Positions 1 through 9,294 of a stretch of 64,000 bases of DNA are shown piece by piece (position 1 is the first letter of the stretch; every line of letters begins with the position of its first letter). Below the pieces are notes generated by a model. The model saw nothing but the letters and a program-made list of their open reading frames with translations, had not been told where the DNA came from and did no database searches. This DNA comes from an uncultured Pseudomonas sp. (GTDB taxonomy: Bacteria; Pseudomonadota; Gammaproteobacteria; Pseudomonadales; Pseudomonadaceae), in contig NZ_OX044366.1 in NCBI RefSeq assembly GCF_943846705.1, positions 1,626,996 to 1,690,995 of the forward strand, read 5' to 3'. A program made the translations under genes and the position numbers.

Positions 1-3000
1 GTGCCGAACCAGAGCCTGCGGACGAAATCGAGCTGAGTCTCGAGCCGCTGCTCGACGAGCCACTTAACCTGGAGCTGGCGGAAGATTTGAGCGCCGAGTT
101 TGCCGATCTGGATTCGTCCGAGGTGCAAGCACCGTCGGCTGGGCCTGAGCTGATCGATTTCACGAGTGACCTAAGCGAAGCCGAGCCATTGCCACTGGCC
201 GACATGCAGCAGGAACCGCTGGTTGCCGACGAAGAGCTGCAACTCAGCAGCTTTGAGCTGGATGAAAGCGGCAGCCCTGTGCATTGGGATGAAGACGAGC
301 TGGCCGCGCTTGAGCTGCCCGAGGTTGACCTGCCAAGTGCGCCGCTAACTGCAGAGCTGGCGCAGCCTGACGCCGAGAAGACTGTGTCGATGGCCGATGT
401 TATGGCCGCGCCAGTGCAGGCGATCAATCCTCCCGCGCACGATGTTCCACCAAGCCTGCTACCGCCACCGGCCGATGAAGAGCCGATTGATGAAGAGCTC
501 ATGGAGGTCTTTATCGAGGAGGTGGGCGAAGTCCTCGAAACCATCGCGGAGTATTTCCCGCAGTGGTGCGCTGACACGGACAACAAAGATGCCCTGAGCG
601 AAATCCGCCGCGCCTTCCACACCCTCAAGGGCAGTGGGCGGATGGTTCGCGCCTTGGTAATCGGTGAGTTGGGCTGGTCAATTGAAAACCTGCTCAACCG
701 CGTGCTCGATCGCAGCATTCAGCCCGCTGCCGAGGTGCAGCAGGTGATCGCCGATGTGGTCGCCCTGATGCCGGCGCTGGTCGATGAATTTGCCAATAAG
801 GCGCAGCGCCAGCGTGATGATGTCGATCTTCTGGCTGCGACGGCCCACGCCCTGGCCAAAGGTCGAAGCCTCCCAAAACCTGAAGCCCCGGTTGAGCAGG
901 TAGCTGAACCCGAGGGTCTGCCAACTGCTACCGCCGAGAGCCACAACGACGAAGGCCTGGATCCGCAGTTACTGGAAATCTTCCGTAACGAAGCGGAGAT
1001 GCACCTCGATACACTGGTCAGCTTCCTGGCTGACTGTGCCCAGGAATTGCCGCAGCCTGTTACCGATGACCTGCAGCGGGCCTTGCACACCCTCAAAGGC
1101 AGCGCCTCGATGGCAGGCATTCTGCCGGTAGCTGAAATTGCCTCGCCCTTGGAGAAACTGGTTAAGGAATTCAAAGCCAACCTGATCCCCATGGATCTGG
1201 CAGAGGCGGAGTTGCTAAGCAGTGCCGAGAAACTATTCCGCCTCGGCCTTGAGCAGCTGGAAAGTCAGCCACTGGGCGTGCTGCCAGGTGCCGCCGAGTT
1301 TCTTGAGCGCGTGCAGAAATTGCATGGCGAGCGGCTCGAGCATGCAGAAAACAGCCGTGAGAACGGGCAGGGTGAAAAGCGCGATCCGCAGATGATCAGC
1401 ATCTTCCTGGCCGAAGGCATGGATATTCTGCTGGATGCCGAAGCGCTGCTGCGCGGTTGGCGCGAGCACCCGACCGAGCGCCAGGAACTCAACTCCCTGC
1501 TGGACGAGTTGACCACCCTCGGCCGCGGCGCCGAGATGGCCGAGTTGCCGCAGATCGACGAACTCTGCGAAGCCTTACTCGACCTCTATGGTGCGGTTGA
1601 AGAGGGCCGGCTGGCGGTGAGCGAGCGCTTCTTCAGCGAAGCCGAACAGGCTCACGAAGCCCTGATTGGCATGATGGATCAGGTCGCCGCTGGCCTTCAG
1701 GTCAGCGCTGCTCCTGAGCGCGTGAACGCACTGCGCAGCTTGCAGATGGAAGCGCTGGACCCTAATACCCTGTCGCTGCTGTCCAACGACGGCGCATCTG
1801 GTATCGAGATTGTCGAGCTGGCTGATGCCACTGCTGCGCTTGACGCACTCAGCCAGGATGACGCGCAGGTCGAAGCCGCCAGCGAAGCGCCGCCTGCTTC
1901 GCTCTACGAGTCGCTCGATGAGGAAATGGTGTCGATCTTCCTCGAAGAGGCGGTCGATATCCTGGAAAGTGCCGGCCAGGCGCTGGATCGCTGGGTGGCC
2001 GACCCGGATAACAAAGCCGCACTGTCATCGTTGCAGCGTGATCTGCACACCCTCAAGGGTGGCGCGCGTATGGCCGAAATTCGCCCGATTGGCGACCTCG
2101 CCCATGAACTCGAATCATTATACGAAGGCCTGGTGGATCGCCGTTACAGCGCCTCGCCAGGCTTGGCGACGCTGTTGCAGCAAAGCCATGACAGCCTGGC
2201 GCAACTGCTGGAGAAGTTGCAGGCGCGCGCCATGATGCACGCCCCGCAAGCGTTGATTGACGCCATTCGCAGTTTCCGCCAAAGCGGTGGGCAAAACTTG
2301 CCGTTAAGCACCGCGACCCCAGAGCCTGTTGCCGAAGCCGAAGCCGAAGCCGAAGCCGAAGCCGAAGCCGAAGCCGAAGCCGAAGCCGAAGCCGAAGCCG
2401 AAGCCGAAGTCGTGCCAATGTTCGAGTTACTCGATTTGGCAGAGCCTGAGCCTGCGGTAGACCAAGAAGTCGAGGTTTCTGTCCTTGCAGATGGGGCGCA
2501 GGAGCCGCTGGAAGACGAAGCGCTCGAACTGTCGGTTGTTGAATGTGACGAGCCCTCTCTGGCTGAGCCTGCACCTGCAGCCGAGATCCAGCGTCCAGAC
2601 GCCCCAGACAGTAAACCCGAGCCGGCTGCTGCGGCTGGGGGGCTTGATGAGGAGCGCGATCAGGAGCTGGTGGAGATTTTCCTTGAGGAAGGTTTCGACA
2701 TCATCGACAGCGCCGGTGCGGCGCTGCAACGCTGGATGGACGACGTCAATAACAGCCTCGAACTGGAATCGCTGCAGCGTGATTTGCACACCCTCAAGGG
2801 TGGCGCACGTATGGCCGAAATTCGCGAGATTGGTGATCTGGCGCACGAACTGGAGTTCCTCTACGAAGGCCTCGGCGATGGCCGTTTGCGCGCCAGCCCA
2901 GACCTGTTCGGCCTGCTCCAGACCTGTCACGACAGCCTGGCGGAGATGCTGGAGGCCGTTCGCGACAAGCGCGGCGTGCCGAGCGGCGATGCGCTGATCG

Positions 3001-5465
3001 CAACCATCAAGGGTTTTCGCGCTAACCCGGATGAGCAGCTGAGCATGCCTTCGGCGGTTGCCCTTAAGGCCGCCGACGCTCAGCCCGATGAAGGCGAGAC
3101 GGATATCCTCGATATCTTCCTCGAAGAGGCTGACGACCTGCTGGAGGCCATGGAGGTTGCGATCGGCCGTTGGGAGGCTGATCGTGAAGACGGCAGCGCC
3201 ATCGACGATATGCTGCGCATCCTGCATACCCTTAAGGGGGGCGCGCGTCTGGCTGGGCAGAAGCGACTGGGCGACCAGAGCCATGACCTCGAGCAGCACC
3301 TGACTGAAGCTCAAGCCCAAGGCGCGCCTTGGCCGCAGAGTGTGTTTGTCGATGTGCAGTCGGGCTTTGAAGGGTTGCAGCAAGAGCTCGACGTGCTGCG
3401 TCAGCGTCTGCACGACAGCCTGGTCGACGAGGCGACGGCTACGCCAGCGCTTACGCCCGCTGCCGAGCACGCCGCGCGTATGCCAGAGCTGAGTTCGCCG
3501 ATCGTCGCGGCCAGTGCCATGCCGGCGCAGGAGCTGATGGCCAAGGTCTTGCCGTTCGTTAGACGCGCCGAAGAGGCGGCGCAGGAAGCCGCTTCGCGCC
3601 GTGCGCCGCAGGAGCTGGTCAAGGTGCCTGCCGAATTGCTCGAGGGCCTGGTTAACCTGGCCGGTGAGACCTCGATTTTCCGTGGCCGTGTCGAACAACA
3701 GGTGAGTGACTTTGGTTTCACCCTGAGTGAGATGGAAGCCACCATCGACCGCGTGCGTGATCAGCTGCGCCGCCTCGATACCGAAACCCAAGCGCAGATT
3801 CTTAGCCGCATCGAGGCGGAAGCCGAGCGTATGGGGTATGAAGACTTCGACCCCTTGGAGATGGACCGTCATTCACAGTTGCAGCAGCTGTCGCGCGCAC
3901 TGTTCGAATCCGCCTCCGACCTGCTCGATCTAAAGGAAACCCTGGCCGCGCGTAACCGCGATGCGGAAACCCTGCTGCTGCAACAGGCGCGGGTCAACTC
4001 CGAGCTGCAGGAAGGTCTGATGCGTACGCGCATGGTGCCATTTGACCGCCTGGTGCCGCGCCTGCGCCGCATCGTGCGGCAGATTTCCGCTGAGCTGGGC
4101 AAGCAAGTCGAGTTTGTCGTCGGCAACGCCGATGGCGAGATGGACCGTACCGTACTCGAACGTATCGTCGCGCCGCTGGAGCACATGCTGCGTAACGCCG
4201 TCGACCACGGCATCGAAGCGGTCGAGGTGCGCCGTGCGGCCGGTAAGCCGGAGCAGGGCAGCATTCGCCTGGCGCTCGGTCGCGAGGGTGGCGATATCGT
4301 CATGACGCTGGCGGACGACGGCGGCGGCATCCGTCTGGAGGCGGTCAAACGCAAAGCCATTGAGCGCGGCCTGATGGACGCCGATTCCGACCTGACTGAC
4401 TACGAAGTGCTGCAGTTTATTCTTGAAGCCGGCTTCTCTACGGCTGAGAAAATCACGCAGATTTCCGGTCGTGGTGTGGGCATGGACGTGGTGCATTCGG
4501 AAGTGAAGCAGCTCGGTGGCTCGATGAGCATCGAGTCGCTGCCGGGTACCGGCACTACCTTCACCATTCGCCTGCCGTTCACCGTGTCGGTCAACCGTGC
4601 GCTGATGGTGCTCTCCGGTGAAGACTTGTACGCCATTCCGTTGAACACCATCGAAGGTATCGTGCGGGTATCGCCGTATGAGCTTGAGGCCTATTACGCG
4701 CCGGATGCGCCGCGCTTTGAGTACGCCGGGCAGAGCTATGAGCTGCGCTACCTGGGTGACCTGTTGAACAACGGTCAGCAGCCCAAGCTGGTCGGGCAGA
4801 GCCTGCCGCTACCGGTGATTCTGGTGCGCTCCAAGGAGCACGCCGTGGCCGTGCAGGTCGACTCCCTGGCCGGCTCACGCGAGATCGTGGTGAAGAGCCT
4901 TGGCCCGCAGTTCGCTGGTGTGCACGGGATCTCCGGTGCAACCATTCTCGGTGACGGCCGCGTGGTGGTAATTCTTGATCTGCTGGCGACTATTCGGGTG
5001 TTGCACGCGCATCTGCTTACCCAGTTGCAGCCGCGCCAGCTTAAACAATCAGCCAGCGCCGCCGAGATTGAGGCGGATCGGCCGACCCTGGTCATGGTGG
5101 TCGATGATTCGGTCACCGTGCGCAAGGTCACCAGTCGCCTGCTGGAACGTAACGGGATGAACGTATTGACCGCCAAAGACGGCGTCGATGCCATCTCCCA
5201 GCTGCAGGAGCGCAAGCCCGACATCATGCTGCTGGATATTGAAATGCCGCGTATGGATGGTTTCGAAGTGGCAACCCTGGTGCGCCACGATGATGGCCTG
5301 AAAGACCTGCCGATCATCATGATCACCTCGCGTACCGGTGAGAAGCACCGTGAGCGGGCCATGAGTATCGGTGTCAACGAGTACCTGGGTAAGCCTTATC
5401 AGGAGACCTTGTTGCTCGAGACTATTCAGCAACTGGTGGGTCGCCACCCGGTAAACCGCACATGA
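1..5465 (+). CDS. chpA: ChpA-type hybrid histidine kinase (multi-Hpt CheA homologue of the Pil-Chp chemosensory system); 5' end lies outside the window
   Basis: Frame 3 is open from nt 3 to the stop at 5463-5465; the ORF track starts it at an internal TTG at nt 87. It has five Hpt signatures (HTLKGS/HTLKGG), an HATPase block (NAVDHGIE...GRGVGMDVV), a CheW-like block and a C-terminal receiver (LVMVVDDS...LLDIEMPRMDG). cheB-like and cheW-like genes follow. Confidence 0.93.
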   Translation, partial: AEPEPADEIELSLEPLLDEPLNLELAEDLSAEFADLDSSEVQAPSAGPELIDFTSDLSEAEPLPLADMQQEPLVADEELQLSSFELDESGSPVHWDEDELAALELPEVDLPSAPLTAELAQPDAEKTVSMADVMAAPVQAINPPAHDVPPSLLPPPADEEPIDEELMEVFIEEVGEVLETIAEYFPQWCADTDNKDALSEIRRAFHTLKGSGRMVRALVIGELGWSIENLLNRVLDRSIQPAAEVQQVIADVVALMPALVDEFANKAQRQRDDVDLLAATAHALAKGRSLPKPEAPVEQVAEPEGLPTATAESHNDEGLDPQLLEIFRNEAEMHLDTLVSFLADCAQELPQPVTDDLQRALHTLKGSASMAGILPVAEIASPLEKLVKEFKANLIPMDLAEAELLSSAEKLFRLGLEQLESQPLGVLPGAAEFLERVQKLHGERLEHAENSRENGQGEKRDPQMISIFLAEGMDILLDAEALLRGWREHPTERQELNSLLDELTTLGRGAEMAELPQIDELCEALLDLYGAVEEGRLAVSERFFSEAEQAHEALIGMMDQVAAGLQVSAAPERVNALRSLQMEALDPNTLSLLSNDGASGIEIVELADATAALDALSQDDAQVEAASEAPPASLYESLDEEMVSIFLEEAVDILESAGQALDRWVADPDNKAALSSLQRDLHTLKGGARMAEIRPIGDLAHELESLYEGLVDRRYSASPGLATLLQQSHDSLAQLLEKLQARAMMHAPQALIDAIRSFRQSGGQNLPLSTATPEPVAEAEAEAEAEAEAEAEAEAEAEAEAEVVPMFELLDLAEPEPAVDQEVEVSVLADGAQEPLEDEALELSVVECDEPSLAEPAPAAEIQRPDAPDSKPEPAAAAGGLDEERDQELVEIFLEEGFDIIDSAGAALQRWMDDVNNSLELESLQRDLHTLKGGARMAEIREIGDLAHELEFLYEGLGDGRLRASPDLFGLLQTCHDSLAEMLEAVRDKRGVPSGDALIATIKGFRANPDEQLSMPSAVALKAADAQPDEGETDILDIFLEEADDLLEAMEVAIGRWEADREDGSAIDDMLRILHTLKGGARLAGQKRLGDQSHDLEQHLTEAQAQGAPWPQSVFVDVQSGFEGLQQELDVLRQRLHDSLVDEATATPALTPAAEHAARMPELSSPIVAASAMPAQELMAKVLPFVRRAEEAAQEAASRRAPQELVKVPAELLEGLVNLAGETSIFRGRVEQQVSDFGFTLSEMEATIDRVRDQLRRLDTETQAQILSRIEAEAERMGYEDFDPLEMDRHSQLQQLSRALFESASDLLDLKETLAARNRDAETLLLQQARVNSELQEGLMRTRMVPFDRLVPRLRRIVRQISAELGKQVEFVVGNADGEMDRTVLERIVAPLEHMLRNAVDHGIEAVEVRRAAGKPEQGSIRLALGREGGDIVMTLADDGGGIRLEAVKRKAIERGLMDADSDLTDYEVLQFILEAGFSTAEKITQISGRGVGMDVVHSEVKQLGGSMSIESLPGTGTTFTIRLPFTVSVNRALMVLSGEDLYAIPLNTIEGIVRVSPYELEAYYAPDAPRFEYAGQSYELRYLGDLLNNGQQPKLVGQSLPLPVILVRSKEHAVAVQVDSLAGSREIVVKSLGPQFAGVHGISGATILGDGRVVVILDLLATIRVLHAHLLTQLQPRQLKQSASAAEIEADRPTLVMVVDDSVTVRKVTSRLLERNGMNVLTAKDGVDAISQLQERKPDIMLLDIEMPRMDGFEVATLVRHDDGLKDLPIIMITSRTGEKHRERAMSIGVNEYLGKPYQETLLLETIQQLVGRHPVNRT
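2331..2408 (+). repeat. Perfect in-frame hexanucleotide microsatellite (GCCGAA)x13 encoding (Ala-Glu)13 in a ChpA inter-Hpt linker
   Basis: Counted directly: 13 uninterrupted GCCGAA units from 2331 to 2408. The translation shows AEAEAE...AE followed by VVPMF. Confidence 0.97.
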
Positions 5466-6481
5466 GTGAGAAAACTGCAGCCCGCATTGCGGTGATTGCC
5501 GACACCTCATTGCAGCGTCATGTGCTGCAGCAAGCGCTGACGGGCAGTGGCTATAAGGTGGTGATGAACAGCGACCCGGCACGCCTTGACCAGGAAACCC
5601 TGAGCGCTTGCGAGACTGATTTGTGGCTGGTTGATCTGGCCCAGTCGGATGACTCGCCGCTGATTGATAACCTGATGGAAAATGCCCTAGTACCCGTGTT
5701 GTTTGGCGAAGGCCACGCGCCTGAGCGTCACTCGGAGAACTACCCACGCTGGGAGCGGCGACTGTTTGGCAAGCTGAAGAAGCTGGTCGGCGACCCGTCG
5801 CAAGCCGTAGGTCAGAGCCTGGAAGCCTTGCTGGCAGACGCGCAGCGGCCGTCGCGTCTGGATTTGCCGGCCGTGCTAGCGGATACCCCGCTGGTTGCAG
5901 GGGAGCCGGCCCGCCAAGTCTGGTTGTTGGCGGCTTCCTTGGGGGGGCCGGCGGCGGTGAAGGCTTTTCTCGATGCCTTGCCCGGTGGTTTGCCGGTGGG
6001 CTTTGTCTACGCCCAGCATATTGATGCCAGTTTTGAGAGCACGCTGCCGCAGGCGGTGGGCCGCCACAGCCAATGGCATGTCAATCTGGCGCGCCACGGT
6101 GATGCGTTGCGCTGTGGTGAAGTGGTGGTGGTGCCGATCAGTCACGAGCTGGGCTTCGACGATCAAGGCCAGATGCACATAGCCGAACGCGGTTGGCCGG
6201 AACCCTACAGCCCGTCGATTGATCAGATGATGCTCAACCTGGCCCAGCATTTCGGCGCGCTGAGCGGCGTCATTGCCTTCAGCGGTATGGGCAGCGACGG
6301 CAGTGCAGCGGCCGCTTATGTGCTCCGCCAGGGAGGCCTGATCTGGACCCAGCGCGGCGACAGCTGCGCGTGCCCGAGCATGCCAGACAGTCTGCGTGAA
6401 GCGGGCTACAGCAGCTACAGCGGTGACCCACGCGAGCTGGCCACCGCCCTGGTCAACCACTTGGCCGAGCAGTGCCGTTAA
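5462..6481 (+). CDS. chpB: CheB-like protein-glutamate methylesterase of the Chp system
   Basis: 339 aa. Receiver-like N-terminus (IAVIADTS...DLWLVDL) and CheB-type esterase core (LAASLGGP...FSGMGSDG). The ATG overlaps the chpA stop (ATGA). Confidence 0.88.
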   Translation: MSEKTAARIAVIADTSLQRHVLQQALTGSGYKVVMNSDPARLDQETLSACETDLWLVDLAQSDDSPLIDNLMENALVPVLFGEGHAPERHSENYPRWERRLFGKLKKLVGDPSQAVGQSLEALLADAQRPSRLDLPAVLADTPLVAGEPARQVWLLAASLGGPAAVKAFLDALPGGLPVGFVYAQHIDASFESTLPQAVGRHSQWHVNLARHGDALRCGEVVVVPISHELGFDDQGQMHIAERGWPEPYSPSIDQMMLNLAQHFGALSGVIAFSGMGSDGSAAAAYVLRQGGLIWTQRGDSCACPSMPDSLREAGYSSYSGDPRELATALVNHLAEQCR

Positions 6482-6494
6482 TTAGGATATTTTC

Positions 6495-6965
6495 ATGAGC
6501 CAAGCCGTTGCCACGCAGAACAGCGTTACTAGCCTGACCGGCCTGTTGATGCCGTTGACTGACCGTACTCTGTTATTGCCCAACGTGGCGGTCGCCGAGC
6601 TGATTCCTTACCGTGCGCCGCAGGCCAGTGAAGGCATGCCTAACTGGTTTCTCGGGCAGATTGCCTGGCGTGATCTACGCCTGCCGCTGTTGTCGTTCGA
6701 GGCGGCTTCGGATGGCCAGGCGACGGTCAGCTCTGGCTCTCGGGTGGCGGTGATCAATGCCTTGGGCGGGCGTCCAGCGGTCAAATTTATTGCCGTGCTG
6801 GTGCAAGGTATTCCACGCTCGATCAAGGTCGGCGCCGAGCTGGTGCGTGCTGATGTCGGGTTGTCGCCACTGGAGCTGGATGCGGTGCAATTTGGCGAAG
6901 CCGTGTTGAAGATTCCGGATCTGCTTGGCTTGGAGCAGAAACTGGCGGACGCCGGACTGATCTAA
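6495..6965 (+). CDS. chpC: CheW-like coupling protein
   Basis: 156-aa single CheW-like domain, 13 nt after chpB. Its position after chpA/chpB is as in Pil-Chp clusters. Confidence 0.85.
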   Translation: MSQAVATQNSVTSLTGLLMPLTDRTLLLPNVAVAELIPYRAPQASEGMPNWFLGQIAWRDLRLPLLSFEAASDGQATVSSGSRVAVINALGGRPAVKFIAVLVQGIPRSIKVGAELVRADVGLSPLELDAVQFGEAVLKIPDLLGLEQKLADAGLI

Positions 6966-6979
6966 CCATCAGGAAAACA

Positions 6980-7004
6980 AAAAGCCCGCTTCTGCGGGCT
7001 TTTT
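6980..7004. terminator. Bidirectional intrinsic terminator between convergent chpC and rsmE
   Basis: AAAAGCCCGC-ttct-GCGGGCTTTT: a 10-bp GC-rich stem flanked by an A-run and a T-run. Confidence 0.85.
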
Positions 7005-7022
7005 ACTGGGCTGGTAGGGCTG

Positions 7023-7742
7023 TCAGAAATCGCCCCACAGCTGCTGAGCGACACTCAACGCCACCACCGGCGCGGTTTCGGTGCGCAACACTCGCGGGCC
7101 GAGGCGTGCGGCATGGAAGTCGTGCTGCTTGGCCAGAGCCACTTCATTGTCGCTGAGGCCGCCCTCCGGGCCGATCAAGAAGGCCAGGGACTTAGGCTGC
7201 GGGTGGCTGGCCCAGGGCTCGGCAACCGGGTGCAATACCAGCTTCAATTCGGCGCTAGTCTGCAGCAGCCACTCATTGAGGCTGATCGGCGGATAAATGA
7301 TCGGCAGCACCGAGCGCCCACATTGCTCACAGGCGCTGATAGCTACTTGCCGCCAGTGCGCCATGCGCTTGTCGGCGCGCTCATCTTTGAGGCGTACTTC
7401 GCAGCGCTCGCTGACAATCAGGCTGATCTCGTTAGCCCCCAATTCGGTGGCTTTCTGAATCGCCCAGTCCATCCGCTCACCGCGCGACAGGCCCTGGCCG
7501 AGATGAATCTGCAAGGGTGATTGAGCCTGGCCGGTGAAGGTTTCGCGCAACTCGACGCGCACGTTCTTCTTGCCCACTTCAATCAACTCGCCCAGGTACT
7601 CCTGGCCACTGCCATCGAACAGTTGCACCGGGTCGCCTACGGCATGGCGCAGCACGCGGCCGATGTAGTGGGCCTGGGCTTCCGGCAGCTCGTGCTGGCC
7701 GAGGGACAGGGGGGCATCGATAAAGAATCGGGATAGGCGCAT
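7023..7742 (-). CDS. rsmE: 16S rRNA (uracil1498-N3)-methyltransferase RsmE
   Basis: The ORF track gives 7023-7799. The typical RsmE N-terminus MRLSRFFID starts at the internal ATG 7742 (239 aa). The SPOUT C-terminal motif LIGPEGGLSDNE is present. Confidence 0.88.
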   Translation of the reverse strand: MRLSRFFIDAPLSLGQHELPEAQAHYIGRVLRHAVGDPVQLFDGSGQEYLGELIEVGKKNVRVELRETFTGQAQSPLQIHLGQGLSRGERMDWAIQKATELGANEISLIVSERCEVRLKDERADKRMAHWRQVAISACEQCGRSVLPIIYPPISLNEWLLQTSAELKLVLHPVAEPWASHPQPKSLAFLIGPEGGLSDNEVALAKQHDFHAARLGPRVLRTETAPVVALSVAQQLWGDF

Positions 7743-7807
7743 AAGACGTGAACCTAGAGTAAAGGCGCGAATTCTAGCCTTAGGTCGCGCGGTGCGCATG
7801 GATATCC

Positions 7808-7879
7808 GTAGGGTGGAAGCCGCTCTTTAATCCACCACGCGACCGCAACGGTGGATGGCTAAAGCGCCATCCACCCTAC
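7808..7879. repeat. Inverted REP doublet (two GTAGGGTGGA...TCCACC hairpin units facing each other)
   Basis: GTAGGGTGGA-agccgctctttaa-TCCACC ... GGTGGA-tggctaaagcgcca-TCCACCCTAC. It lies in the rsmE/bioA intergenic region. The same family occurs at 18706 and 38744. Confidence 0.8.
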
Positions 7880-7887
7880 TGCTGGAT

Positions 7888-9294
7888 TTAGCCCGGGTCG
7901 CGAAAGCCGGGGTAATTGCTATTGCCCATTGCCACGCTGACCGAGGTGCGGGTGGCGATGTCGATGCCTTCAGTGGCCACCTCGGCGAGGAAGTCGATCT
8001 GTTCGGGAGTGATTACGTAGGGTGGCAGGAAGTACACCACGCTGCCCAGCGGGCGCAGCAGCGCACCACGCTCAAGGGCATGCTGGAACACCTTGAGGCC
8101 GCGGCGTTCCTGCCAGGGGTAAGCGGTTTTGCTGGCTTTGTCCTGCACCATCTCGATGGCCAGGGCCATACCGGTCTGGCGTACTTCGGCGACATGCGGG
8201 TGATCGGCCAGATGCGCCGTGGCGCTGGCCATGCGCGCGGCCAAAGCTTTGTTGGCTTCGATCACGTTGTCCTGCTCGAAGATGTCCAGAGTCGCCAGGG
8301 CCGCCGCGCAGGCCAGCGGGTTGCCGGTGTAGCTGTGCGAATGCAGGAAGGCGCGCAGGGTCGAGTAATCGTCATAGAACGCCTGGTACACCTCATCAGT
8401 GGTCACGCACGCGGCCAGCGGCAGGTAGCCGCCGGTGAGGGCTTTTGACAGGCAGAGGAAGTCCGGGCGGATGCCGGCCTGTTCGCAGGCGAACATCGTC
8501 CCGGTGCGGCCGAAGCCCACGGCGATTTCGTCGTGGATCAGGTGCACGCCGTAGCGGTCGCATGCTTCACGCAGCAGCTTGAGGTAGATCGGGTGGTACA
8601 TGCGCATGCCGCCAGCGCCCTGAATCAGCGGCTCGACTATCACCGCGGCAACCTCATGGCCGTGCTCGGCGAGGGTCTGCTCCATATGGGCGAACATGAC
8701 CCGCGAGTGGGCTTCCCAGCTCACGCCTTCGGGGCGGTGGTAACAGTCCGGGCTGGGCACCTTGATGGTGTCGAGCAGCAGCGCCTTGTAGGTGTCGGTA
8801 AACAGCGCGACATCGCCCACCGACATCGCCGCGATGGTTTCGCCGTGGTAGCTGTTGCTTAGGGTGACGAAGCGCTTCTTCGCCGGTTTACCGACGTTGA
8901 GCCAGTAGTGAAAGCTCATCTTCAGCGCGACTTCGATGCACGAAGAGCCATTGTCGGCGTAGAACACCCGGTCGAGGCCTGCCGGGGTCATCTTGACCAG
9001 GCGCTCGGACAGTTCGATCACCGGTTGATGGCTAAAGCCGGCAAGAATCACGTGCTCCAGCTGGTCGACCTGGTCCTTGATGCGCTGGTTGATGCGCGGG
9101 TTGGCGTGACCGAACACGTTGACCCACCAGGAGCTGACGGCGTCGATATAGCGCTTGCCGTCGAAGTCTTCCAGCCAAACGCCTTCGCCGCGCTTGATTG
9201 GCACCAGAGGTAACTGCTCGTGATCCTTCATTTGCGTGCAGGGGTGCCACAGCACCTTCAGGTCACGTTGCATCCACTGGTCATTCAGGCTCAT
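7888..9294 (-). CDS. bioA: Adenosylmethionine-8-amino-7-oxononanoate aminotransferase
   Basis: 468-aa class-III aminotransferase with BioA-typical blocks (WHPCTQMKDHE, SYHGETIAAMSVGD, LIHDEIAVGFGRTG, LSKALTGGYLPLAA). Confidence 0.93.
   Translation of the reverse strand: MSLNDQWMQRDLKVLWHPCTQMKDHEQLPLVPIKRGEGVWLEDFDGKRYIDAVSSWWVNVFGHANPRINQRIKDQVDQLEHVILAGFSHQPVIELSERLVKMTPAGLDRVFYADNGSSCIEVALKMSFHYWLNVGKPAKKRFVTLSNSYHGETIAAMSVGDVALFTDTYKALLLDTIKVPSPDCYHRPEGVSWEAHSRVMFAHMEQTLAEHGHEVAAVIVEPLIQGAGGMRMYHPIYLKLLREACDRYGVHLIHDEIAVGFGRTGTMFACEQAGIRPDFLCLSKALTGGYLPLAACVTTDEVYQAFYDDYSTLRAFLHSHSYTGNPLACAAALATLDIFEQDNVIEANKALAARMASATAHLADHPHVAEVRQTGMALAIEMVQDKASKTAYPWQERRGLKVFQHALERGALLRPLGSVVYFLPPYVITPEQIDFLAEVATEGIDIATRTSVSVAMGNSNYPGFRDPG

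Noticed and set aside
2331-2408. Whether any of the regular repeats could be a CRISPR array: (GCCGAA)13, the REP doublets or the heptamer tract.
   Set aside because: The units are 6-7 nt or are hairpin doublets without unique spacers of 25-40 nt, and no cas genes are present.
7855-8448. 197-aa plus-strand ORF starting inside the REP doublet and running antisense through bioA. Similar REP-initiated ORFs occur at 17442-17828 and 38754-38957.
   Set aside because: Their N-termini are simply translated REP hairpins (for example the PSTLLLD and GMPHPT peptides). The rest is the antisense frame of real genes.
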